64,000 nucleotides of DNA from Tubulanus polymorphus. Taxonomy: Eukaryota; Animalia; Nemertea. Shown here piece by piece: positions 14,061-26,637 of this stretch. Position 1 is the first letter of the stretch, and every line of letters starts with the position of its first letter. The stretch is taken from positions 15,432,950 through 15,496,949 of the forward strand of contig NC_134029.1 of assembly GCF_964204645.1 (NCBI RefSeq). Reading direction: 5' to 3'. The position numbers and the translations under genes are program-made. The notes beneath the pieces are model-generated. The model was not told the origin of the DNA. It did not search any database and worked only from the letters and a program-made list of their open reading frames with translations.

Positions 14061-15476
14061 CTAGGGGTCCAGGGACACCATGCTCACTTGGGCAGTGGTT
14101 TCAAATGCTCAACAATCTAACAATTTCAATACATAACGCCCTCTAGTGACCATATACAAAAACCAATGACCTTGAAACCCACCACAATCATAGAAAATGT
14201 GAGCAGCTATGATTTTGTAATTGATTGTGATAACAAAATATGCCTCGTTACCAATTTAATATGGAAATACTAAGTTATTCTACTATTCAACGCCCCCTGG
14301 TGACCATATGCAAAACCCAATGACCTTAAAACTCACCACAATCGTAGTACATGTCATGAAATACAATTTTGCAATTTATCATAGTAACAAAATATGCCTA
14401 GGTACCAATCTAATAAGGAAATACTAAGCCATTCTACTATTCAGCGCTCCCTGGTGACTATATGGAATAACTAATGTCCTCAAAACTCACCACAATCATA
14501 GACGACGTCATGAACTACAACTTTGCAATGGATCATGGTAACAAACTATGCCTAGGTACCAATCTAATAAGGAAAAACTCAGCTTTTCTACTATTCAACG
14601 CCCCCTGGTGACTATATGGAATATTTAATGTCCTTAAAAACTCACCACAATCATAGACGATGTCATGAACTACAACTTCGCAATTGATCATGGTAACAAA
14701 ATAAGCCTTGGTACAAATATAATATAGCGATACTAAGTTATTGTATTATTCAACGCCCCCTGATGGCCACATACTAAAACCAATGACCTTGAAACTCACC
14801 AAAATCATAGAACACGTTATGGGCTACAACTTTCCAATTGAATATAGTAACACAATATGCTTAGGTATCGATTTATTGTGGAAAAACTTTTTCCCACCTA
14901 CGAATGAGTACTGATGACACCAAGATGGCCGCCAATTGCGTCATAATTGGCTGATCAAAAATACCTATCCCAGGTATAAAACATCCCTCTCTAAGGAATA
15001 CCCATCAGCAATTGCAATGAGAAATGGCAAACCAGTAGGAAGCTACAGGACCTAGAATTATGGCCAAAATTGACATTTTTGGGCACTAAAAAGGTCATAG
15101 GACGGCCATCTTGAGTCAGATCGACCCAATTTTCTTATGCTGATGGGCCTTTGGTAGATTCAAATATAAACGAAAGATCAAGGTAATTGATCGAAGCGTC
15201 TTCAAAATTTCCCACGAAAACTTCGAAAATGTTTAAAAAGTGCTGATTTTGGCAAACAACAATGGCTGCCAGTCGGCCATCTTGAATCTGACAGGGCCAG
15301 TTTTTGGGCTGACGATGTGTCTAGGGTAGATACATGTATAAACCAAATATCAAGACATTACCTTGAAGCGTCTTCAAAACTTCCTAAAATAACTGGATTC
15401 CGTCTATGGAGGGACGGACGGACGAAAAGTGAACACAATAGCCCGCTGGGACTAAAGTCCCAAGTGGACTGAATAA
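14061..15476 (+). mobile_element. HINE-like element A, full length (five 154-bp core repeats, (GGAC)n microsatellite, 3' stem-loop)
   Basis: CTAGGGGTCCAGGGAC start; core repeats at 14136, 14290, 14444, 14598, 14753; GGACGGACGGACG near 15412; GGGACTAAAGTCCC hairpin; sits in an A-run of a satellite monomer with no TSD, which is the established HINE/DINE-1/pearl architecture. Confidence 0.75.
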
Positions 15477-16195
15477 GAATTGTCGCGGGCGACAAAACCA
15501 AACTAATGAATTGTCGCGGGTGATAAAACCAAACTGATGAATTGTCGCGGGCGATAAAACCAAAATAATGAATTGCCGCGACAATTCAAAATATTGAATT
15601 GTCGCGGGCGATTAAATTAAAATAATGAATTGTCGCGGGCAACAAAACCAAAATATTGAATTGTCGCGGGCGACAAAACCAAAATATTGAATTGTCGCGG
15701 GCGACAAAACCAAAAAAAAAATTGTCGCGGGCGACTAAAACAATATATAAAACCAAAATAATGAATTGTCCCGGGCGACAAAACCAAAAAGAAGAATTGT
15801 CGCGGGCGATAAAACCAAAATAATGAATTGTCGCGGGTGACAAAACCAAAATGGTGAATTGTCGCGGGCGACAAAACCAAAATGGTGAATTGTCGCAGGC
15901 GAAAAAACCAAAATAATGAATTGTCGCGGGCGACAAAACCAAAAAGAAGAATTTTCGCGGTCGACAAAACCAAAATAATGAATTGTCGCTGGCGATAAAA
16001 CCAAAGTAGTGAATTGTCGTGGGCGATAAAACCAAAATATTGAATTTTCGCGGGCGACAAAACCAAAATATTGAATTGTTGCTGGCGACAAAACCAAACT
16101 AATGAATTGTCGCGGGCGACAAAACCAAAAAAAGAATTGTGGGGGCGACAAAACCAAAATAATGAATTGTCGCGGGCGACAAAATCAAAATCATT
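15477..16195. repeat. 31-bp satellite array
   Basis: Tandem 31-mers, more diverged. Confidence 0.95.
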
Positions 16196-16284
16196 GTTTT
16201 CTCGCGTTATTTTAGTTTTGTAGTTTTGTCGTAATGTCGCCCTCATTTGCATATTCGTGTTTTTTTATCTTATCAGCCACCATA

Positions 16285-17371
16285 CTAAAGCCTTAAGGTC
16301 GCGTAAAACTCGATAAACACTTCAAGCGACACAGCGAACGATCTCCTTTCCCCCACAGCGAACGCTTACTCCGAATGTCAAGTGTGAGTCCAGCATACGG
16401 ATAGGAGTGTGCTATATACTTGTATTTAGTAAATACCTTGTGCATTTGACAATGATCGGTATGTACTGTAGGAAATATAGAGTATTGATAAATGGTTGAA
16501 GCCCGCGGCCGAATAAATATATTCTTTTATTTTGATACCTCGTCGACATAACAGCTTTTCTCCGCCATATCTCTTCGGCCTGTTTAGTTTAGGCCTACGA
16601 TTCCCCGGTACACTAAACATTTATCTTAGTAAATACACGGTTAATTCGGTAAAGAAAAATTGGTATTGTTAAACTAACTCCTTGAAACCCGCAGCCAAAT
16701 CACTGGTAGTAATAAATTAATTAGTACTCGATTTGATTCTCATGATGAGGAGAAACTCGCAGCTCATCCCCGGAACGTCGATGTAGTAACACACGTCGAT
16801 TCGTCGATGTTTACGGCTCGACAGTGCTTTTAAAATCTAAAGTAGTAAATTTCCAGTGTATCGGTAATATGATTTGATGAGGAAAATGGGCTTTTGTTAA
16901 AATCACTGTTTGAAGACCGCGACTGAATGTGAAGTCTGCGGCAATAAATTAGTTCATTTATACTTGAATTGATAATCGAAGTGACAGTCGGCCTGCGGGT
17001 TGATTTCGGGATGACGACTCGAAAAACATGTCGCCCCATTGAATGGGGCAAAATTTTCGATGTTTATGGCCCGACAACGCTTTTGTAACGATGATTCGTG
17101 AAAAAACACGCGGGCTATTTGTAGATCTCAGTGAGCTGAACGATATTATATGGATTGTATATGAAACAGCGGTAAGGTAACAAAGCCTATGTTCTTTTGG
17201 TAATAATAGTGTGGAAGAAAATAATAATAATAATAATCACGCGGATGTCAATAGGGTTTTCTGTGAAATAACAGAAAACCCTAATAATAATCACGCGCAT
17301 ATCAATAGGGTTTTCTGTGAAATAACAGAAAACCCTAAATATAGCTGCAAAGCAGCGATAACGGGTTTTCT
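16285..17371 (+). mobile_element. Interspersed repeat B, copy 3 (two terminal hairpin units), followed by a partial CR1 relic to ~17565
   Basis: Homologous to 4145-5401; AGGGTTTTCTGT-GAAATA-ACAGAAAACCCT occurs twice in 17235-17337. Confidence 0.6.
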
Positions 17372-17677
17372 GCACAGTCTTAGAATCCTGTTCAACGGTG
17401 GATTTCAACAAAGCATTTGATAAGGCTCAACATCAGCCATTACTAAATAGGCTATTAGGAAACAGTGTCAATGATAGGTCGCTCAAATGGCTCAGCAGTT
17501 ATCTCTGAACGGAAACTTGTAACCGAAATCAACGGAACGCCTCATCTTGGAATGAGACGGTCTAACGCGGGCGATAAAACCAAAATAATGAATTGTCGCG
17601 GACGGCAAAAACAAAATATTGAATTGTTGCGTGCGACAAAACCAAAATAATGAATTGTCGCGGGCGACAAAACCAAA

Positions 17678-19058
17678 CTAGGGGTCCAGGGACACCATGC
17701 TCACTTGGAAAGTGGTTTCAAATTCTCAACAATCTAACAATTTCAATACATAACGCCCTCTAGTGACCATATACAAAAACCAATGACCTTGAAACCCACC
17801 ACAATCATAGAACATGTGAGCAGCTTTGATTTTGTAATTGATTGTGATAACAAAATATGCCTCGTTACCAATTTAATATTGAAATACTTAGTTATTCTAC
17901 TATTCAACGCCCCCTGGTGACCATATGCAAAACGCAATGACCTTAAAACTCACCACAATCGTAGTACATGTCATGAAATACAACTTTCAATTGATCATAG
18001 TAACAAAATATGCCTAGGTACCAATCTAATAAGGAAATACTAAGCCATTCTACTATTCAGCGCCCCCTGGTGTCTATATGGAATAACTAATGTCCTTAAA
18101 AACTCACCACAATCATAGACGATGTCATGAACTACAACTTTGCAATGGATCATGGTAACAAACTATGCCTAGGTACCAATCTAATAAGGAAAAACTAAGC
18201 TTTTCTACTATTCAACGCCCCCTGGTGTCTATATGGAATAACTAATGTCCTTAAAAACATACCAGAATCATAGAAGATGTCATGAACTACAACTTTGCAA
18301 TTGAACATGGTAACAAAATATGCCTTGGTACAAATATAATATAGTGATACTAAGTTATTGTATTATTCAACGCCCCCTGATGGCCACATACAAAAACCAA
18401 TGACCTTGAAACTTACCAAAATCATAGAACACGTTATGGGCTACAACTTTCCAATTGAATATAGTAACACAATATGCTTAGGTATCAATTTAATGTGGAA
18501 AAACTTTTTCCCACCTTCGAATGAGTACTGATGACACCAAGATGGCCGCCAATTGCGTCATAATTGGCTGATCAAAATACCTGTCCCAGGTATAAAACAT
18601 CCCTCTCTAAAGAATACCCATCAGCAATTGCAATGAGAAATGGCAAACCAAATTGACATTTTTGGGCACTAAAAAGGTCATAGAACGGCCATCTTGAGTC
18701 AGATCGATCCAATTTTCTTATGCTGATGGGCCTTTGGTAGATTCAAATATAAACGAAAGATCAAGGTAATTGATCAAAGCGTCTTCAAAATTTCCCACGA
18801 AAACTTCGAAAATGTTTAAAAAGTGCTGATTTTGGCAAACAACAATGGCTGCCAGTCGACCATCTTGAATCTGACAGGGCCAGTTTTTGGGCTGACGATG
18901 TGTCTAGGGTAGATACATGTATAAACCAAATATCAAGACATTACCTTGAAGCGTCTTCAAAACTTTCCGAAATAACTGGATTCCGTCTATGGATGGACGG
19001 ACGGACGAAAAGTGAACGCAATAGCCCACTGGGACTAAAGTCCCAAGTGGACTGAAAA
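17678..19058 (+). mobile_element. HINE-like element A, full length, second copy
   Basis: Same start, five core repeats, (GGAC)n and CCACTGGGACTAAAGTCCCAAGTGG hairpin; preceded by about 3 satellite monomers (17566-17677). Confidence 0.75.
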
Positions 19059-20170
19059 AGAATTGTCGCAGGCGACAAAACCAAACTAATGAATTGTCGC
19101 AGGTGATAAAACCAAAATATTGAATTGTCTCGTGCGATAAAACCAAAATAATGAATTGTCACGGGCGACAAAAACAAAAGATAAAACCAAAATAATGAAT
19201 TGTCTCGGGCGACAAAACCAAAAAGAAGAATTGTCGCGGGCGACAAAACCAAAATAATGAATTGTCGCGGGCGATAAAACCAAAATAATGAATTGTCTCG
19301 GGCGACAAAACCAAAATAATGAATTGTCGCGGGCGACAAAACCAAAATAATGAATTGTCGCGGGCGATAAAACCAAAATAATGAATTGTCGCGGGCGACA
19401 AAACCAAAATGGTGAATTGTCGCGGGCGACAAAACCAAAATGGTGAATTGTCGCGGGTGATAAAACCAAAGTAATGAATTGTCGTGGGCAATAAAACCAA
19501 AATAATGAATTGTCTGGGGCGACAAAAACAAAATATTGAAGTTGTCAAGTGCGACAAAACCAAAATAATGAATTGTCGCGGGCGACAATACCAAAATAAT
19601 GAATTGTTGCGGGCGATAAAACAAAAATAATGAATTGTCTCGTGCGACAAAACCAAAATAATGAATTGTCGTGGGCGATAAAACCAAAATAATGAATTAT
19701 CGTGGGCGATAAAACCAAAATATTGAATTGTCGCGGGCGACAAAACCAAAATAATGAATTGTCGCTGGAGATAAAACCAAAGTAATGAATTGTCACGGGC
19801 GATAAAACCAAAATATTGAATTGTCGCGGGCGACAAAACCAAACTAATGGATTGTCGCGGGCGAGAAAACCAAAAAAAGTATTGTCGGGGCGACAAAACC
19901 AAAATAATGAATTGTCGCGGGCGATAAAACCAAAAAAAAAAATTGTCGTGGGCGCCAAAAACAAAATATAAAACCAAAATAATGAATTGTCGCGGGCGAC
20001 AAAACTAAAAAGAAGGATTGTCGCGGGCGACAAAACCAAAATAATGAATTGTCGCTGGCGATAAAACCAAAGTAATGAATTGTCGTGGGCGATAAAGTCA
20101 AAATATTGAATTTTTCACAGGCGACAAAACCAAAATATTGAATTGTCGCGGGCGACAAAATCAAAATCAT
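19059..20170. repeat. 31-bp satellite array
   Basis: Tandem 31-mers. Confidence 0.95.
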
Positions 20171-20254
20171 TGTTTTCTCGCGTTATTTTAGTTTTGTCGT
20201 TATGTCGCCCTCATTTGCATATTCGTGTTTTTTTATCTTATCAGCCACCATTCT

Positions 20255-21513
20255 AAAGCCTTAAGGTCGCGTAAAACTCGATAAACACTTTAAGCGACAC
20301 AGCGAACGATCTCCTTTCCTCCACAGCGAACGCTTACTCCAAATGTCAAGTGTGAGTCCAGCATACGGATAGAAGTGTGTTGTATACTTGTATTTAGTAA
20401 ATACCTTGTGGATTTGACAATGATCGGTATGTACTGTAGGAAATATAGAGTATTGATGGTATTGATCAAGAGGTTGAAGCCCGCGGCCGAATAAAGTAAT
20501 ATATTTCTTTATTTTGATACCTCGTCGACATAACAGCTTTTCTCCGCTATATCTCTTCGGCGTGTTTAGTTTAGGCCTACGACTCCCCGGTACACTTATG
20601 ATTTATCTTAGTAAATACAAAGTTAATTTGGTAAAGAAAAATAGGTATTGCTAAACTAACTGCTTACAACCCGCAGCCAAATCACTGGTAGTTATAAATC
20701 AATTTGTACTCGATTTGATTCTCATGATGAGGAGAAACTCGCAGCTGATCCCCGGAACGACGATGTTTACGGCTCGACAGTGCTTTTAAAATCTAAAGTA
20801 GTAAATTTCCAGTGTATCGGTAATATGATTTGATGAGGAAAATGGGATATTGTTAAAATCACTGTTTGAAGACCGCGACTGAATGTGAAGTCTGCGGCAA
20901 TAAATTAGTTCATTTATACTTGAATTGATAATCGAAGTGACAGCCGGCCTGCGAGTTGATTTCGGGATGACGACTCGAAAAACATGTCGCCCCATTGAAT
21001 GGGGCTAAATTTTCGATGTTTACGGCCCGACAGCGCTTTTGTAACGATGATTCGTGAAAAAACACGCGGGCTATTTGTAGATCTCAGTGAGTTGAACGAT
21101 ATTATATGGATTGTATATGAAACAGCGGTAAGGTAACAAAGCCTATGTTCTTTTGGTAAAAATAGTGTGGAAGAAAATAATAATAATAATAATCACGCGG
21201 ATATCAATAGGGTTTTCTGTGAAATAACAGAAAACCCTAATAATCACGCGGATATCAATAGGGTTTTCTGTGAAATAACAGAAAACCCTAATAATAATCA
21301 CGCGGATATCAATAGGGTTTTCTGTGAAATAACAGAAAACCCTAATAATAATCATGCGGATATCAATAGGGTTTTCTGTGAAATAACAGAAAACCCTAAT
21401 AATCACACGGATATCAATAGGGTTTTCTGTGATGTAACAGAAAACCCTAATAATAATAAGAAACACGCGAATCTCAATAGGGTTTTCTGTGATGTAACAG
21501 AAAACCCTAATTA
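20255..21513 (+). mobile_element. Interspersed repeat B, copy 4
   Basis: Homologous to 4145-5401; ends in six hairpin units. Confidence 0.6.
21191..21511. repeat. Six tandem 51-60 bp units, each with a 12-bp-stem hairpin
   Basis: AATCACGCGGATATCAATAGGGTTTTCTGTGAAATAACAGAAAACCCT(AAT)n repeated six times. Confidence 0.93.
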
Positions 21514-22892
21514 AAACATTCTACAAATTAACGTTTCATTGATACTTAATTAGTACATATACATGTAGTTATTGCACAGCTTAGTAAAGGGGTTCATCGC
21601 ACATTTCAAATATATTACACTAGCTTGAATCAAAAATATTTGATATCAAAAGTACATTATTTCTAATAATTCATGGCATCGCGCAGTTGAAATATGGTTG
21701 TAGTAAAAATCCCCCAGGTAAAAATCCCCTGGGTAAAAATTCCCAATTATTCAAAGTAGGTAAAAATCCCCCACCTTTTGAATGGAGTCCAAATTAGATA
21801 CAATTTTAAGGTCAATTTATTCGTATTAATATATTCTATTTATTATTTACATTATAATTGCGTTACATAGAAATATCATGTATAGAAGTTATCGCATTTG
21901 AATAAAAAATACAAAATTAGAAGTTAATTAATTCACAAAATTGATAGATAGACGCACAGTCTATTCAGAAACGCATAGAGTTTAATTGTTTTTTTTAAAG
22001 CATTAAATGTTCTTTTCCCTGTCGTCTCTCCATAAAACCTAGTCGATGTCTCCCAAATCAATTATATCACACGTTAAAGGCGTTCACCACACATTTTAAA
22101 CATACGACTTTTAAATCTTAAAGGACGAATTAAAATAAAGGTTCATTAATTTTAAAAATGCATCCTTGTCCCACTCACCAATTTTTGAATATTGTGATGA
22201 TACAAGGTATATTGTTTTCAAAGTTAAACCAATTCTAATTTCCAGTCAAAATGTTTTGTATATAACCTACACCACATAGAAAATCAGTTATATTATTCAT
22301 CAGCTATACTAATTATTCCCTGTTGCAGGTCTACTTAATTCTTTATTGACAATTGTGACCACTTTAGGGTTCTAATAAGAACCCTTGTGTCTCGGAGAAC
22401 CCCAATCTGCATTCCATATTGTTGAAGCACCTTAAAGCCTCACCAAGAACCCCAAGGTTTTTCGAAGAACCCCCGAAGAACCATTTGTTCTAAGGGTAAG
22501 AAAGTATCACACACGATAGCTTAACCCCTCTTCATCTACCACAAAACTGATGAGTAAAAATGCGATTAAATTACTTCTTTTGATTAATATATTACAAATC
22601 TGGGGACGCTATGCTGAAGGGAATAATCGAAACATTATGTTGAGTCATTTTTATCGGGAAAACCCAGTTACTATGGTGAAAGTTAAGGAATTCCTAATTT
22701 GAAACAATCGTGCTTCCGCGAAAACAATTAAATATCAAATTTCACCTTTTTATACAATCATGTGTATACGGAGAGAACCAAGTGTCAGACATGTTATGGA
22801 CAACGATATATAATGTATTATGTATAATGTATCATGAATATTTCGATATGACTTGACCAGATTGACACATGCCCAATATGTTGCCTTTTTAG

Positions 22893-23018
22893 ACGTTGAT
22901 GAATGTACAAGGAGTTCGCACCTCTGTCGTATGGGGACATGTAAGAATACACTTGGATCCTATACCTGTGATTGCGAACTCGGATTTTCTATGAAGAAAG
23001 CATCTCAGGGCTGTTCAG
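22893..23018 (+). CDS. FBN: Fibrillin exon, cbEGF (equivalent to FBN1 cbEGF17)
   Basis: tttttag|acgttgatgaatgt...tgttcag|gtaaac; 126 bp; [42 protein letters not shown]. Confidence 0.93.
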
Positions 23019-23407
23019 GTAAACATATTTGTAACGTGAACATGGATACGATTGCAAAATCGAACATGTAGATTCATTTTAATGGTGATAATTCGATTTA
23101 CTATGATTCAATCCAGTGGTTTGGAAATTTTTGTCACCGATTATTTTCACGAACTGTGACAGACCTGAATTTTAGAAATAGAACGTAACTACACTTTACA
23201 TCAATATGCAGTTATGGCTCAATAGCTAACTCAATGGATTACACTGTCGGGCAAATAGTCACCGAAAACCTACTTTATACTCCTTGTCAGATCCAATCAT
23301 ACCAACGCAGCCTTTATACATACAATGTCAACCATAATAACACTATCTCTATCTATTGAGTGTTTTATGGTACCTCGGAAATCATTCAAGTCTTTTATGT
23401 ATTTCAG

Positions 23408-23530
23408 ATGATGATGAATGTACATCAGATATGCATCACTGTGACGGGAATGCTCTGTGCATTAACTCTCACGGAAGTTACAAATGTCAGTGCAATCAAG
23501 GGTACAAAGGAAATGGTTTTCAGTGTGACG
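23408..23530 (+). CDS. FBN: Fibrillin exon, cbEGF (equivalent to cbEGF18)
   Basis: tttcag|atgatgatgaatgt...tgtgacg|gtaact; 123 bp; DDDECTSDMHHCDGNALCINSHGSYKCQCNQGYKGNGFQCD. Confidence 0.93.
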
Positions 23531-23699
23531 GTAACTGTGTTATGATATTGATATTTGATATAATTTGTCAAAGTATTACATTACTTGTATGACATTCATA
23601 TAATGACACTATGAAAGATGGCTAAATAATACACGAAATTAAAGGTGTCGTTACTCGTCAGCAAGAAACCGCTTTCTTTCACTTAACATCCTAGTAAGG

Positions 23700-26552
23700 T
23701 TTTTCTTATACTCAGATTTTAGGATCTAGTACTCAATAAATCTATGAATTTGAATAGAGAGGGATTCTGTCGAAAATATTGTGAAAGTAAAGCATTTCTT
23801 GCTTAGTTGTATCGCGTACAGCACAATAAAGTATGATACTCTCCTCAATTTGGTTATTCTGTCACTGAGTACAGCGAGGGCCTTCCCGTGGGGTTAGTGG
23901 TCTAGTCCATCTGCCACTTTCGACTAGTGAATTATGCCTTCCACAGCCAAATGAACTGAGAATATTGACAATTTGCTGATTGTATAAATCGAGATAGTTT
24001 TCGTATTGGAAAGTTAGTTTGAATATTCTACATACGTAACACTTAGGGCTATTTACCATTGTTTCGGTCCATGTTTGCACATACTGATCTTTGATCCTTT
24101 GATCCACAATCTTTAAAAATATGGCTCATTGTCTATTTGATGTGACAACCAAACGCACCCCAGGCCCAGATGATTCAAAAAGTCACGTAATTTGGAAGCC
24201 CAGTTCACAATAGTTGGATTGGTTCGCGTCTTATCTAATAGAAGCTGGTACACTTGCCGTCGCCGTGTCCATTGAGGTGACTTCAAAGTCTTCAGCCAAA
24301 ATTTTACCGCTGACAATTGAGCATCAATTTTTAAAGGGAAACGACAAAGTTTCCCGTACACCATAACATTGGGTGTTGAGTTGCGTACATTTAATATGTA
24401 CTTTCAAAATATTATACGTACAGCCTCAAGGATCAAGATTTTCAAATGTCCAGATCGGACTACCGTATATTAAGATAGATTTTACCAAAGAGTCAAATAT
24501 ATCGAGTTTAATACTAGGTGTAAGGAATCGAGCATTTAGCAGATGTTTTTTAAGTGCACACAAAGCTCCGGATCCCTGATTAGCTAATGATTTTATTGTA
24601 GCGGCATATTTGCCGTTACCTGTCACTGTAAGGCCGAGATACTTGAAAAGTCTGATACTTCTTCCAACTGGACTCCGTTATAAAAAAAACATGTCAATGG
24701 ATTACGATTGTTTCTCCTTGGCCCAATCTTTATAACTTTCGTTTTATCTGTATTGGTTTTTAATTTCATCATTTTGCAATAGTCATGAATGATATGCATT
24801 GCCCTTTGAAGAGCGTCTGGCGATTGAGCTAGGATGACGGTGTCATCTGCGTACAATAGAAGATATACCTGTTTTCTATAAAGTATCTGTCATTTACATA
24901 CAGATTGAATAGAGCTGGAGGGATACATTCTCCTTGACTACCCCAATCGTGCATTTAAAGAAACTAGAGATAAAACCATTGCTATTAACACATGACTCGT
25001 TGTTTGCGTACATAGACTTAGTGATGTTGTATACTTTTCCAGTGATACCAGCTTCAATTAATTTCTTCCACAGAATATCGTGATTAAGGTGGTCAAAAGC
25101 CTTAGAAAAATCAACAAAACCCAGTCACGCATTTTTTACCTTATTCTTTACGCAGGGGTTGATAACAGATGACAGTACGAAACTTTGTGGGATTGTGCCA
25201 TTATCAGGCTTAAACCAGCTTGAGAATTATTTATAACTTGAAAAGTTTCAGTCCAGTGAATAATACGGGTGTTTATAATGATAGAGAAGATTTTTCCAAA
25301 ACAGCTAAGAACAGTTATTCCACGATAATTATTTGGGTTATTTATTGAACCTTTTTTGTGGATTAGTGATATGCATCCTTTACTCCAGACTCTAGGATAG
25401 ATACCCGTTCGTAGTATAACATTAAAATAAATGGTGAGTGTAGGAGCTATGATATCAGCAGCAGTTATTAGCATCTCCGGTAGTATTTTGTCTAAGATTT
25501 AGGTTTATATTTTCATCCTCGGTTGCCTGACTGAGATTAGAAAAGAAGCGTTTTCACCAAGTGTAGGATTTTCACTGGAGTTTTCACTAGAGTTTTGGTT
25601 CTGAGTGGATTTGAGAATTTTCTAGTATGTCTTCGAGTCATTCCTGGAGAGAGCATTGGTTAATCTTTTTTTCCGATCTAGAAATCGTTTGCCTATACTC
25701 CTTTAATTTAGTCTGATCGTCGTATAAATTATCATCGTTTGGAAATGTATGATAGAGACGATTTGCCTTGCTAAATTTATTGCGTGCTCGGGCACACTCT
25801 ATTAAACCAGTGGCGGCGCACACGCCGCCGTGTATAGACGCGTTTTTGATTTGCTTCACGGTTTGATAACGAAAATTTTGGTTTCTCTTTATTGCGCTTG
25901 TTAAAGGAGAATGATCAGAGAAATATTTTCTGTCAGAGATTTCAAAATCATCAATTATACATACGCTGCATGTTTCACTAAACGGTAATCGACCACACTA
26001 TTTCCTCTTACTTGAAAACACGTAGGTTTACCGATATCCTTATCTTTGAAAGCACTACCGTTTAATATAACAGTTTCAGTACTTTTACATAAATCTAATA
26101 AATCGTTGCCATAAGCATTACAATAATTATCTAATGAAGATCTCGAAATAGACAATTCTGAGCTATTACCTAACAACAATACCAGGTCTCAGTTAGCTTC
26201 TGGATTATCGATTAGATCATCTTCAATTTCGTCATAATTAAGATCTGATTTGTTTGCTGTTCGGGCGTTGAAATCGCCCATGATTATAACATTACCCTCG
26301 ATAGTGTGCGACAATTTCCACTTCCAATGAAGCTAACATATCGTGACGTATACGTTGGGCGCTATCTGACGGCGTAACATAGATCAAACAGAGAAATGTA
26401 TCCTGGTCGAGGTTGAGGGTTTCCCTGAAGAGCTTTAACCATAGGTAGTCACTTTTATTAGAATCCTTGAGCATTTTTATGCCATTTTCGAATTTTTTTC
26501 GGTAGAACACAAGCAGTCCGCCAGAATTTCGTTTCGCACGAACTGTTTTCAT
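23700..26552 (-). mobile_element. Decayed non-LTR retrotransposon (CR1/L2-group LINE) ORF2: AP endonuclease plus RT
   Basis: Fragmented ORFs with RNSGGLLVF, VIIMGDFNART, SVVDY, PNNYRGITVLSCFGKIF, FVDFSKAFD and YADD motifs; many stops and frameshifts. Confidence 0.9.
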
Positions 26553-26637
26553 TTAAAAGCGATATTGGACCAGCTGCTATTGAATTTAAATTTCATAAAG
26601 GTAAAACATTAGAAGAAAATAAAATCATTCAGAAAAT

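Noticed and set aside
194-20170. Dozens of long minus-strand ORFs (up to 487 aa) with VLSPATIHYFGFIARDNSLFWF repeats
   Set aside because: Artefact of the 31-bp satellite being stop-free on one strand. The same peptide appears in all three frames and indels shift frames freely, so there is no sign of coding constraint.
1-20170. 31-bp palindromic repeats as a CRISPR array
   Set aside because: Monomers are head-to-tail with no spacers.
21191-21511. CRISPR-like array of palindromic repeats
   Set aside because: The intervening sequences are near-identical rather than unique spacers, there are no cas genes, and the context is a eukaryotic intron.
21143-21514. ORFs on both strands with NHADINRVFCEITENP or IIRVFCYFTENPID repeats
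   Set aside because: They result from unit lengths being multiples of 3 through AAT slippage; no gene features.
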